Shown here: positions 39,396-48,145 of the stretch, one piece after another
How positions within the stretch are numbered: position 1 is the stretch's first letter
Layout of the letters: every line of letters starts with the position of its first letter
Source of the DNA: Candidatus Kerfeldbacteria bacterium
Lineage (GTDB): Bacteria > Patescibacteriota > Patescibacteriia > SBBC01
NCBI GenBank assembly: GCA_043799405.1
Contig: JAZDNT010000003.1
Span: forward strand, 399,461-463,460
DNA length: 64,000 nucleotides
Direction of reading: 5' to 3'
Made by a program: the position numbers and the translations under genes
Notes under the pieces: generated by a model
Told to the model about the DNA's origin: nothing
Databases searched by the model: none
What the model saw: only the letters and a program-made list of their open reading frames with translations

Positions 39396-39736
39396 TGGTG
39401 CCGCGGATCAGAACCCCGTAACGCGAGGTTACTCCCCGCTTGGTGCCTGGGGTCAGAATCGAACTGACGACGCCTGCCTCTTCAGGGCAGCGCTCTACCA
39501 TTGAGCTACCCAGGCACCAAGCGGGGACTAAATGTTCACTCGCTTGAGATTATTCCTATCAATCGAACGGTCCTAGTATACGCCTCGCGTACGGGGCAGG
39601 TCGAACTGACAGAGTTTACCCCGAGCTTGCCTCGTGGACAGGCTCTTTCCCGCCACCTTAAATCCGAATCTTCAACGAAGGCGGGATCCCGCAGTAGGCG
39701 GGACAGGGCTGCGCTCTACTACTGAGCTACCGCGGC
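39396..39736 (-). pseudogene. tRNA-Phe-like shell interrupted by a 56-nt anticodon-loop insert and a T-loop insert that contains the intact tRNA-Phe
   Basis: The sequence is GCCGCGG TA GCTC AGTAGTA GAGC G CAGCC CTG [56 nt, 39703->39648] AAGA GCCTG ... GTCAG TTCGA [insert including tRNA-Phe] TT CTGAT CCGCGGC A CCA. The acceptor is 7/7. The CTGAAGA and TTCGATT loops are restored when the inserts are removed. The D-loop lacks GG, and the anticodon stem has a C-C mismatch. Confidence 0.55.
39441..39515 (-). tRNA. tRNA-Phe (anticodon GAA), CCA encoded
   Basis: The minus strand reads GCCTGGG TA GCTC AATGGTA GAGC G CTGCC CTGAAGA GGCAG GCGTC GTCAG TTCGATT CTGAC CCCAGGC A CCA. The cloverleaf is canonical. 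Confidence 0.9.
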
Positions 39737-39797
39737 ACCAAGAGATTTCATATTAAAAAACTACGCGCCGAAAGAATACCACAGCGATTCTTCCGAA

Positions 39798-40307
39798 TCA
39801 AGCGTGGGAAAAGATCTCGAGCGTCTTCTTCACCTCCTCGGGCACGCCGAGGATGCAGTCGTGCTGATCGACAGTTGTGGCGTCGACCCAGGCGAACCCG
39901 TCGAACTCATCTTCTGGGTAGACGACGTCGCCCGAGTTTGCCCGGCATGCGAACTTCGTGCAGACGACCGGCGTGCCGTCGGGCCGGCGGAAAACGACGC
40001 TGTCGATGTAATGGAAATCGAACACGTCGAGTCCGCTCTCCTCTTTTGCCTCCCGCGTCAGCATTTGTTCAACGAGGTGCTCCCAGTCGACGACATCGCC
40101 GTTCATGCGCGTCGGCGGAGTACCCGTCATATCCTTGTGCTCGAGCTTACCGCCGACCGGCGCGTACTTTCCCGGATGTGCGATCTCGTGCTTTGCGCGC
40201 TGCAGCAGCAGGCACTTCCCGTCCCGGTACACGATGGCTGTCGCAACGAAGTAGAACAGCTTTCCGGGCTTCGCCTTATCGAGCATGATCGGAGGAACTG
40301 GAATCAT
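39798..40307 (-). CDS. NUDIX hydrolase
   Basis: GGKLE...REAKEESGLD is a Nudix box (REx2EExGU) with an unusually long insertion between the G and RE parts. Confidence 0.7.
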   Translation of the reverse strand: MIPVPPIMLDKAKPGKLFYFVATAIVYRDGKCLLLQRAKHEIAHPGKYAPVGGKLEHKDMTGTPPTRMNGDVVDWEHLVEQMLTREAKEESGLDVFDFHYIDSVVFRRPDGTPVVCTKFACRANSGDVVYPEDEFDGFAWVDATTVDQHDCILGVPEEVKKTLEIFSHA

Positions 40308-40480
40308 ATATCTCCTATTAATCCGTCGCGACCGAAGCGGCGAGGATCAACGAAGGGAAAGTCGCCGACGCGCCAACGCGCTGTGGCGACGGCGCGAGTG
40401 GTATCGCCTGCCCGCCGTACAAAGGACCTTTGTACTTTGGCAGGCGGGGACGAGGAAACTGTAGGTGTCCTCGCCGAACA

Positions 40481-42436
40481 TCATAGGATCTGGTACGTAC
40501 CTTCCTGGTACGCCCATGAAGCGCCGGGACCTGACGAGAACCAGACGCTCGAGAGCCCGGACTCATAGGTGATGATCGCATTGTTCTCAAGGTACAGCTT
40601 CTGAGCTGTAACCTCCTTCATTTCCCCGTTCTGGCTTACTTTCGCGACGCCCTTCGGCGCATAGACGACGGCGGCTGCGTTCGGATTAATGCTCGGCTTC
40701 GAGAAATTGTTGCCGATGTCGAAGGCGGCGACGGTCGGATCGAGGCTTGCGCTCATCGCGATCCCCATAATGAACGTTCCCGCAGTCGAGTTATGCAGGA
40801 ACATGGAATCGTTCTGTGCTATGATACGCCCGCTCGTCACTTTCGTACTCTCATCTTCCGGATTGTCGGCAATTATAACCCCGCTCTTGGATCCGTACGC
40901 GTCCGAGAGCGCAAGATTCGCACCATTGATCAGGGTGATATTCCCTTTGACCCAGACTGCCCCGGCAAGCGTTACGGTGTTAGAGATCGTTACGTCTCCA
41001 ATGTACTTTCTCGATCCGATGCTGCCGCCGGTAATGTTGCACGGATCCGGGCTGCCGCCGCACGGGATCGGTTCTCCGGCATCCTCTGCCGCCTGTTCCC
41101 ACACTGCGATCTGCTGGTCGGAAATTGGGAACACGACCGGCTCGGGATCGGTGCTACCAGGAACCATATCGATGTCAATACAGTATAGGGTGTTATCACC
41201 ATTGTCGCATTGTTCCGTACCGCCATTTGCATTAACATTACCGCTCGTGACGTTCCGGTAGTACGCCTTTTTTCCTATGCTGGCTTTTGTCATGGTATAT
41301 GCGCGCGCATCGCCGCCGATCGTTTCTATTTCTAACGTCGGTTGAACGCCTCCCATCCATACCTGAAACGCTACATCGCACGCCGGAGAAGAGCAGAGTT
41401 CCGCGACCGATGCGAGCGGGTTGCCGGTCATTGCCGTATTATTAGCATATGCCGTATCGGTCGTTGACCTGACCATTGAAAAGTAATTGCTGCCGTTTGC
41501 TCCGCTTACTTGTAAGACCAGCCAGTATCTCACTCCGGAAGAGAGGAGGGTCTGTGGAGTAAATGCGAAATCTTTATAAGCATCCTGCCATCCTGGGTCG
41601 GTGATTAGCGGAAGTGATGACGCGTTAATAGGTATCTGCGCTCCTGAAACCATCATTCCTGGTATACCACTGCCGTTATCATAGTAGATGGAAAGAGTGG
41701 GGTTCGCGGGGGCAGAGCTTGTACGCGCCATCTTCAAGCTCACCTTCGTCACCTTATCGACGGTCGTCGGTTTGAAACTCTGAACAACGTACCGAGTGGA
41801 GGTTGATCCGCGTACATCGAAGGTTGTGTAGGAAGCGGCAGGGTCCGTCTCGGCTTCGATTACGGAATCGCTAATTGACAGGATCGCGTCCCCCGAAATT
41901 TCAGTACCGCTGCCGCTCCCAGTCGCGATACTGATAGGCCCGGCAACGTACACGTTCCCGGGAGTACCGCCTGCGCCGAGGATTTTTGCACCGTTGTTGA
42001 ACACGATGCCGCCGGTTCCTGACTGAACACCGTAGACGAACGAGGCGTGTTCGCTGTTAGTAGAAAGCCGTACCTGTATCTGTTTTGAAAGTGACTGACC
42101 CCTAAACGTCGTTGTTCCTGTTGCTGTTATGATCCTATTGATGCTGTCCCAGCTGACAGAGAATTTTCCCTGACCGAATGACGTATCGGTCTCCCCAGAG
42201 TAGTTCGATGGGTTACCCTGGCAATCCGATGTGTTCATCGGGTTGTTCAGGCACCACACCGCTTTCTCTATTCCCGCCTCGGCGATCTGGATAGTATTCT
42301 GCTCACTGGTGCGTTTTCCGCTCGCCGATGTGTTGGTCTGGGTATAATCAAAGATTGCGATCGTGATGATGAGCACGACGCTCGTGAAGATGAGCACAAA
42401 TGCGAGGCTGTTACCGCGGTAACGTTCTTTATTCAT
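40481..42436 (-). CDS. Large pilus-associated protein (PilX-like N-terminus, minor pilin or tip candidate)
   Basis: 651 aa. N-terminal RGNSLAFVLIFTSVVLIITIAIF hydrophobic helix without Glu+5, then a G/S/T-rich beta-rich region. ATGA overlap with the upstream pseudopilin gene. Confidence 0.6.
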   Translation of the reverse strand: MNKERYRGNSLAFVLIFTSVVLIITIAIFDYTQTNTSASGKRTSEQNTIQIAEAGIEKAVWCLNNPMNTSDCQGNPSNYSGETDTSFGQGKFSVSWDSINRIITATGTTTFRGQSLSKQIQVRLSTNSEHASFVYGVQSGTGGIVFNNGAKILGAGGTPGNVYVAGPISIATGSGSGTEISGDAILSISDSVIEAETDPAASYTTFDVRGSTSTRYVVQSFKPTTVDKVTKVSLKMARTSSAPANPTLSIYYDNGSGIPGMMVSGAQIPINASSLPLITDPGWQDAYKDFAFTPQTLLSSGVRYWLVLQVSGANGSNYFSMVRSTTDTAYANNTAMTGNPLASVAELCSSPACDVAFQVWMGGVQPTLEIETIGGDARAYTMTKASIGKKAYYRNVTSGNVNANGGTEQCDNGDNTLYCIDIDMVPGSTDPEPVVFPISDQQIAVWEQAAEDAGEPIPCGGSPDPCNITGGSIGSRKYIGDVTISNTVTLAGAVWVKGNITLINGANLALSDAYGSKSGVIIADNPEDESTKVTSGRIIAQNDSMFLHNSTAGTFIMGIAMSASLDPTVAAFDIGNNFSKPSINPNAAAVVYAPKGVAKVSQNGEMKEVTAQKLYLENNAIITYESGLSSVWFSSGPGASWAYQEGTYQIL

Positions 42437-42993
42437 GGTTGTTTATAGTTGTTTAGGTGAGCATTAAGGATCGAGTATTGGGTGTAGGTTGAACCAACGA
42501 GTGCGTGCTGGGTCGCGAGCGTAATCGTCACTGCAGAACGGAGCGCTACCGTTGGTGAATTATACCTGAAATACACCTCTTTCACGCGATCAGCGACCGA
42601 CGTTACGCCGGCTGTTCGTATGCTGTCATCGTGTGGGTCGAGCACGTACTTGAGCTCAGAACCGTCAACATACAGTGCGCCGTAGTCGACTTTGTCCGAA
42701 GAGATGCTGTCAGCGGTTAATTTTGTTGGGAGCGTAAACACCAGCACGGTATCGCTCGTCGTATGCGTCGTACCGTCGAAATCGTGGCTTGATTCGACCG
42801 TTTTCGCCTGCCGCAGGGTATCGTTCAGCGTCGTAAGGATCCTGCTCGCGCTTAAATCCACTTCGATGCGTATCTGCTCGCTGTTCATGAACGTTCCGGC
42901 AACGAGGTAAACGTTGTAGACAATTATGCCGACGACCGCGATCGTGAACATCGCGACGAGCATTTCGGCAAGGGTAACGCCGCGCCGGTTCAT
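42433..42993 (-). CDS. Type IV pilin-like protein (prepilin-type N-terminal domain)
   Basis: MNRRG|VTLAEMLVAMFTIAVVGIIV has Gly at -1 and Glu at +5 followed by a hydrophobic helix. ATGA overlaps on both sides. Confidence 0.75.
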   Translation of the reverse strand: MNRRGVTLAEMLVAMFTIAVVGIIVYNVYLVAGTFMNSEQIRIEVDLSASRILTTLNDTLRQAKTVESSHDFDGTTHTTSDTVLVFTLPTKLTADSISSDKVDYGALYVDGSELKYVLDPHDDSIRTAGVTSVADRVKEVYFRYNSPTVALRSAVTITLATQHALVGSTYTQYSILNAHLNNYKQP

Positions 42994-44126
42994 AGGCCGA
43001 GCCCGCTCTGACCGATGAGCGACGAAGCAGAATAGGTTTTCGTCGCTCCGTTTGACTGTTGCCACGTTATCGTCACTGTTGCCTGCTTCATGGTCGTGCT
43101 ACCTGCATCAGGGTACGGCTCGATCACGACGTAGCCATTGTCGTTGAATACCGTCGGCGTGCTGTCCGGAAGGTCGTTAAGGCCGAGGCGGATCCACGCC
43201 GCCGGCATTGTCGGGGTCACGGGCGTATCGAAGTTCCACGTTTTTGTTTCCGTCGTGACTGTCTGTATATCGTCAACCTCGGCGTGTACGCCGTTCCACC
43301 CGACGAGTGCTGCTGCGCCGCTCGTCAACGGACTTGACGCATCAGTCGCGGTCGCGACAGTATTGCTGTTTATCTTTACCGTAATTGTAACTGGCGTGGG
43401 CGTATCGGAAACAACTAGTTCCAATGTGTACCACTCGTTCTTTGCAATAGTCGCATTTGCCGAAGCCAACCTCGACGACACTCCGTTAACAAGCTTCTCA
43501 AGGTAAACGTTCTCTTTGCCCGGAGCCGTGGGAACCGTATCGTAGTCGGTCTGTATACCACCGATTGTATACTCACCGATCCTCAAGCGGTATAGTGTTC
43601 CTGCATACGAAGCGCGCGCGACGTAGCCGATTGACCAACCGATGTTCGGATCATTGCTCGAAACGCTGTCGCTTACTACTTTCCACTTAGCAATCAGCGC
43701 GACGTTGCCATAAGTCTCCTCCGGAAACTTCAGAAGTCCAGAGGGTGTGCCTGAAAATCCCGTTGATTTTGCGAGCATAAGAACGTTCGGGACAGTATGG
43801 CTGCTGCTATCGTTATTGTCGACGACAACGCTCCACGATCCGGCATTGTAGAGCACGTTCCGTAACGGACAGTTCGTAACAGGTGTACAGCTCGTCTGCG
43901 TCGGAAGGTTCTCAAATCCCGCCCTCCGAAGTGCATTGATCTCTTCGTCCGCTAATACTGCCGCCTGTGAACGGAACGCGGTACTGCGGTTTACCCCCCG
44001 GACACTCGCCATCGATACCATAAGGACCGATAGTAGTAGGACGACTGCGAGCGACAGCAATGCCTCAAGAAGCGTAAAACCACACTGTCTCGGAGATGGG
44101 TGTCTTTTTCGTTTTATTCTTCGCAT
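42990..44126 (-). CDS. Type IV pilin-like protein (prepilin-type N-terminal domain), large
   Basis: ...RQCG|FTLLEALLSLAVVLLLSVL is the canonical prepilin peptidase site G/FTLLE. The protein is 378 aa. Confidence 0.75.
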   Translation of the reverse strand: MRRIKRKRHPSPRQCGFTLLEALLSLAVVLLLSVLMVSMASVRGVNRSTAFRSQAAVLADEEINALRRAGFENLPTQTSCTPVTNCPLRNVLYNAGSWSVVVDNNDSSSHTVPNVLMLAKSTGFSGTPSGLLKFPEETYGNVALIAKWKVVSDSVSSNDPNIGWSIGYVARASYAGTLYRLRIGEYTIGGIQTDYDTVPTAPGKENVYLEKLVNGVSSRLASANATIAKNEWYTLELVVSDTPTPVTITVKINSNTVATATDASSPLTSGAAALVGWNGVHAEVDDIQTVTTETKTWNFDTPVTPTMPAAWIRLGLNDLPDSTPTVFNDNGYVVIEPYPDAGSTTMKQATVTITWQQSNGATKTYSASSLIGQSGLGL

Positions 44127-44255
44127 GGCATATACAGTATCTCACACGCACCACGCCTGCTCAAGCCCAGCAGCCTATGGGACGTTTACGTTTTATTCCG
44201 TTACCTATATGCTACCTGTAGGCTCACGACCAATGAGACAGTCCTTGAACCTGAT

Positions 44256-44996
44256 ATGAGAAACGGAAAAAAGATCATCGCCGTGCTTCCAGCGTACAAT
44301 GCAGAGAAGACCTTATCGTTGACGCTCAATGACATTCCAGAGGATTGGATCGATGAGATCATTCTCGTCGATGACGCGAGCACTGATGGCACCGCTGCGC
44401 TCGCGCGAAGCCTCGGTATCACCACGATCGTGCACCAGAAAAACAGGGGTTATGGCAGGAACCAGAAAACATGCTACCGTGCTGCCCTTGAACGCGGGGC
44501 CGACATCGTCATTATGGTGCATCCCGATCACCAGTACGATCCAACGCTCGTCCCACAGCTCCTCGGCCCGATCATAGATGGAAGCGCTGATGCCGTATTC
44601 GGTTCACGAATGCTCGTTCATGGCGGAGCGCTTAAAGGGGGTATGCCGGGCTGGAAGTACGCTGCCAACGTCATGCTCACTGCAATTGAAAACAGCGTTC
44701 TTGGTCTCCGTCTGAGCGAATACCATTCCGGCTTCCGCGCATATAGCCGCCGCGTCCTTGAATCAGTACGGTACAATGACAACTCCGATGGTTTTGTCTT
44801 TGACACCGAGATCATCGTCCAGTTGAAGCTACATGGATATAAAATCAAAGAGGTCCCCATACCGACACGGTACTTTAAAGACGCATCATCAGTCGGCCTT
44901 CACGGAAGCCTCGTCTATGGTACGAACATCCTCCGCGTTATGGGGCAGTATATCCTGCACAGGTTGAAGCTCCGTCGTTATACAAAATTCTTGTAG
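44256..44996 (+). CDS. GT2 polyprenyl-phosphate glycosyltransferase (DPM1-like)
   Basis: IIAVLPAYNAEKTL, ILVDDASTDGT and VMVHPDHQYDP motifs are seen. The start is at MRNGKK, and the track N-terminal extension is rejected. Confidence 0.8.
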   Translation: MRNGKKIIAVLPAYNAEKTLSLTLNDIPEDWIDEIILVDDASTDGTAALARSLGITTIVHQKNRGYGRNQKTCYRAALERGADIVIMVHPDHQYDPTLVPQLLGPIIDGSADAVFGSRMLVHGGALKGGMPGWKYAANVMLTAIENSVLGLRLSEYHSGFRAYSRRVLESVRYNDNSDGFVFDTEIIVQLKLHGYKIKEVPIPTRYFKDASSVGLHGSLVYGTNILRVMGQYILHRLKLRRYTKFL

Positions 44997-44997
44997 T

Positions 44998-46485
44998 ATG
45001 AGGCGGGTCTACCTAATCGTGATCGTTGCTATCGCGGTCGGCATGGGACTGCGGATCGCCGCAGGAGGAACGAGGTTGCTGTGGAACGACGAGGCGGAAA
45101 CAACAATCAATAGTCTGCAGATACTCGACCACGGTTACCCTTCGAGCACGTACAAGGGGAAAGCGCTCTATGAGAACGCGGTCTACATACCCTCGGATGA
45201 TCCGAAGTACGCGTACGAATCGACAAACTACTATGGAACAAAGTTCGAACGCAACAAGGGCTGGCTGACGTACTACTACCAGGCTCCGTTCTTGAAACTG
45301 TTCGGTTTTTCGACGACCAGTGCGCGGTTACCATTCGTGCTGTTGTCCGGCGTAACGATCCTCCTCATTTTCGTGCTCGGCAGAAAACTATTCACCCCGA
45401 TGGCTGGCGCAATTGCTGCATCGCTCTATGCCATTAATTACTTCAGTATCTGGTACGAGATGCAGGCACGGTACTATTCGCTACTCGCAACACTTGCAGT
45501 TCTATTCCTATATTCGTCGTACCGGTCAGTGACCGACGGAAAGTGGCGGTCCTACCTGCTCGCTTTACTTTCGCTCGTGCTATTATTCTATACTCATCTT
45601 GTCGCATTCATCGCCGCTGCGCTCTTTTTCGTATGTGCACACACGTTCAAGGCCCGAACAATACGCTCGGTCGTCTCGACCAAAATCGCTGTAACTGTTG
45701 TCGGTATTGCGATTACTGTCATCCCCTGGATACTTGTTGTCCGGCTTTGGGAGGTGCCAAAGTCGTTCTCCGATTATTCGCTCGTTATGTATTGGTCAAT
45801 CATCCTCGTGCTGATAGGGGCCGGGATCGTAGCTGTGCTCCGTTATACACGGAACCTCATCGAGTATTCCTTCTCTCGTTTCACGGCGGTCAACTATCTC
45901 CTCCTCTACTGCGTAGTCGTCACCGTGCTCAAGCCGTTCCTCACGCCGGACGAATCGTTCGGTGCCCGTACCTTCATCGAACTTAATCCAATATTTTGTA
46001 TCCTTGGCGGTACGCTCGTCACGCAGTTCATGGACCGCCAGTGGCGCCAACGAGCGTCTGCGCTGTTATTTCCCTGTATCTTTCTGGTCTGCACATTCGC
46101 CTTCTTCAATGTCGGCATGACGCGCACTGCGCCGGTCAGCGTCGATGCGGGGTGGGTCAGATCATCGATCGCTGCACTCGACCGAATGAGTGTTTCTGCA
46201 ACGACGCCGGTCTTTGTTTCGTTCCAACAATTCCCGTTCATGCTCTACAGCGATTACAACATCGACCTCGTTTGGCCGATTCGAACGTCCTACCTGGATT
46301 CATATCCGAATCGACTCATTATGATCCTCGACCACCGCATGCTCTGGCCTAGGATCTTCTACCGCAGGGAACTATTGCCGATGCGTGAGTACAACTTCGC
46401 ACAACGACTCAAGCGATGTACGGCGCAACAGGTGATACCCGAAGTTGTACTCTATGATTGTCCGGCCTTGAGACCAGCAAACTAA
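44998..46485 (+). CDS. GT-C membrane glycosyltransferase (ArnT/PMT_2-like)
   Basis: 495 aa with about 11 TM segments. The first loop has LWNDEAETTINSL (DE motif after TM1), as in ArnT/PMT family enzymes. It starts 2 nt after the GT2 stop. Confidence 0.65.
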   Translation: MRRVYLIVIVAIAVGMGLRIAAGGTRLLWNDEAETTINSLQILDHGYPSSTYKGKALYENAVYIPSDDPKYAYESTNYYGTKFERNKGWLTYYYQAPFLKLFGFSTTSARLPFVLLSGVTILLIFVLGRKLFTPMAGAIAASLYAINYFSIWYEMQARYYSLLATLAVLFLYSSYRSVTDGKWRSYLLALLSLVLLFYTHLVAFIAAALFFVCAHTFKARTIRSVVSTKIAVTVVGIAITVIPWILVVRLWEVPKSFSDYSLVMYWSIILVLIGAGIVAVLRYTRNLIEYSFSRFTAVNYLLLYCVVVTVLKPFLTPDESFGARTFIELNPIFCILGGTLVTQFMDRQWRQRASALLFPCIFLVCTFAFFNVGMTRTAPVSVDAGWVRSSIAALDRMSVSATTPVFVSFQQFPFMLYSDYNIDLVWPIRTSYLDSYPNRLIMILDHRMLWPRIFYRRELLPMREYNFAQRLKRCTAQQVIPEVVLYDCPALRPAN

Positions 46486-46534
46486 TCGACGGAACGCTCA
46501 TGAGTACGGTATACTTCAGCAAGGATGACATAGT

Positions 46535-46762
46535 ATGAGACAGTATCGTAAAACAATTCGTACCGTTATTATTGCAGCCGCCTTCCTTCTCCTCGAGCCT
46601 AGGGAAACGCACGCCTACCTCGATCCGGGGAACGGCAGCTACTTCATCCAGATTGTCATTGCGGCGGCGCTCGGCGGGCTTGTCGCAATGAAGTCGTCGT
46701 TCTCGAAGATCAAGGGCCTTTTCACCAAACTCTTTTCGAGACGACAGAACACGAAAGATTAG
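46535..46762 (+). CDS. Small two-TM protein with a YLDPGNGS motif
   Basis: 75 aa: a signal-like helix, then AYLDPGNGSYFIQIVIAAALGGLV, then a basic tail. Confidence 0.5.
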   Translation: MRQYRKTIRTVIIAAAFLLLEPRETHAYLDPGNGSYFIQIVIAAALGGLVAMKSSFSKIKGLFTKLFSRRQNTKD

Positions 46763-46768
46763 GAGTGT

Positions 46769-48145
46769 ATGGGAAAGCTCCCGAGTTCATACCGTGATCC
46801 GAGCGGCTTCGTGTTTTCGCATGATGGCGCAATCTACCGGCAGGTAAACAGCTCATACCGCGAGCACTACGACCTCTTCATGCAGTCGGGGCTCTACCAC
46901 GAGTTGCAAAAGCGCGGACTGCTTGTATCACATACCGAGGTTGCGATCAGGAGCCCACAACCATCGACCTTGTATAAGATCCTGAAGCCGGAACGTATTC
47001 CTTTTGTCTCGTATCCGTATGAATGGTGCTTCAGTGAGCTCAAGGATGCAGCGCTCCTTACGCTCGAAATCCAAAAAACCGCGCTGCGATCCAGTATGTC
47101 ACTGAAAGATGCGAGCGCATTCAATGTACAGTTCATAGGTACGCGTCCGGTATTCATCGATACGCTCTCGTTCGAGCGGTACCGGGAAGGCAAGCCGTGG
47201 GTCGCTTACCGGCAGTTCTGCGAGCAGTTCCTCGGTCCGCTCGTGCTCATGAGCAAACGTGACGCAAGGCTCGGCCAGCTCCTGCGGGTATTCCCTGACG
47301 GGATCCCCGTAGATCTCGTAAGCACGCTCCTTCCGCTAAAAACATGGATGGCGCCGTCGCTTCTCGCCCACATCCACTTGCACGCAAAAAGCCAGCGTCG
47401 ATTCTCGACGACCGCCGCATCAACGCCGCACCGTTCCATTGATAAGCCGATCCTCGAACGACTCATCGCGACGCTCCAATCGACGGTTAAAGGCTTGTCA
47501 TGGGAACCGCAAAAAACGACGTGGACGAGTTACTATGAATTAACTAACTACACTGATAGAGGAATGGAGCATAAAAAGAAGGTCGTTGAGAGCTTCATGA
47601 ACAAGCTTTCACCGAAGACGGTCTGGGACCTCGGTGCGAACACCGGTACGTTCAGCGATATTGCGGCGTCAAAAAAAATATCGACGATCGCGTTCGACAA
47701 CGATATTTGTACGGTCGAGCTCCTGTTCCGCCGCTGCACGGAAAGAAAGGACGCGAATACCCTTCCGCTCATCCTCGACCTTACGAATCCAAGTCCGCCC
47801 GTTGGTTTTGCAAACAGAGAACGAATGACGCTCGAGGAGCGCGGGCCGGCTGATATGGTACTTGCATTAGCGCTCGTCCATCATCTCGCAATTGGAAAGA
47901 ACGTTCCGCTGAGCTCGCTTGCTTCGTATTTCTCGAGGATCGGAAAGTCCCTCATCATCGAATTCGTTCCGAAATCGGATTCGCAGGTGCAGGCCATGCT
48001 CTCGAACAGGGATGATATTTTTGACGACTACGACGAAGAATCGTTCAAGCGCGAATTCTCCCGTCATTTCACGATACGATCTTCCGAGCAGGTCGCTGAT
48101 TCCTCAAGGATCATCTACCTCATGGTCAGGAAACATACCGCATGA
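46769..48145 (+). CDS. SAM-dependent methyltransferase (large, C-terminal MTase domain)
   Basis: VWDLGANTGTFSDIAA (motif I) and DMVLALALVHHL are seen. The N-terminal ~270 aa is uncharacterised. Confidence 0.65.
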   Translation: MGKLPSSYRDPSGFVFSHDGAIYRQVNSSYREHYDLFMQSGLYHELQKRGLLVSHTEVAIRSPQPSTLYKILKPERIPFVSYPYEWCFSELKDAALLTLEIQKTALRSSMSLKDASAFNVQFIGTRPVFIDTLSFERYREGKPWVAYRQFCEQFLGPLVLMSKRDARLGQLLRVFPDGIPVDLVSTLLPLKTWMAPSLLAHIHLHAKSQRRFSTTAASTPHRSIDKPILERLIATLQSTVKGLSWEPQKTTWTSYYELTNYTDRGMEHKKKVVESFMNKLSPKTVWDLGANTGTFSDIAASKKISTIAFDNDICTVELLFRRCTERKDANTLPLILDLTNPSPPVGFANRERMTLEERGPADMVLALALVHHLAIGKNVPLSSLASYFSRIGKSLIIEFVPKSDSQVQAMLSNRDDIFDDYDEESFKREFSRHFTIRSSEQVADSSRIIYLMVRKHTA

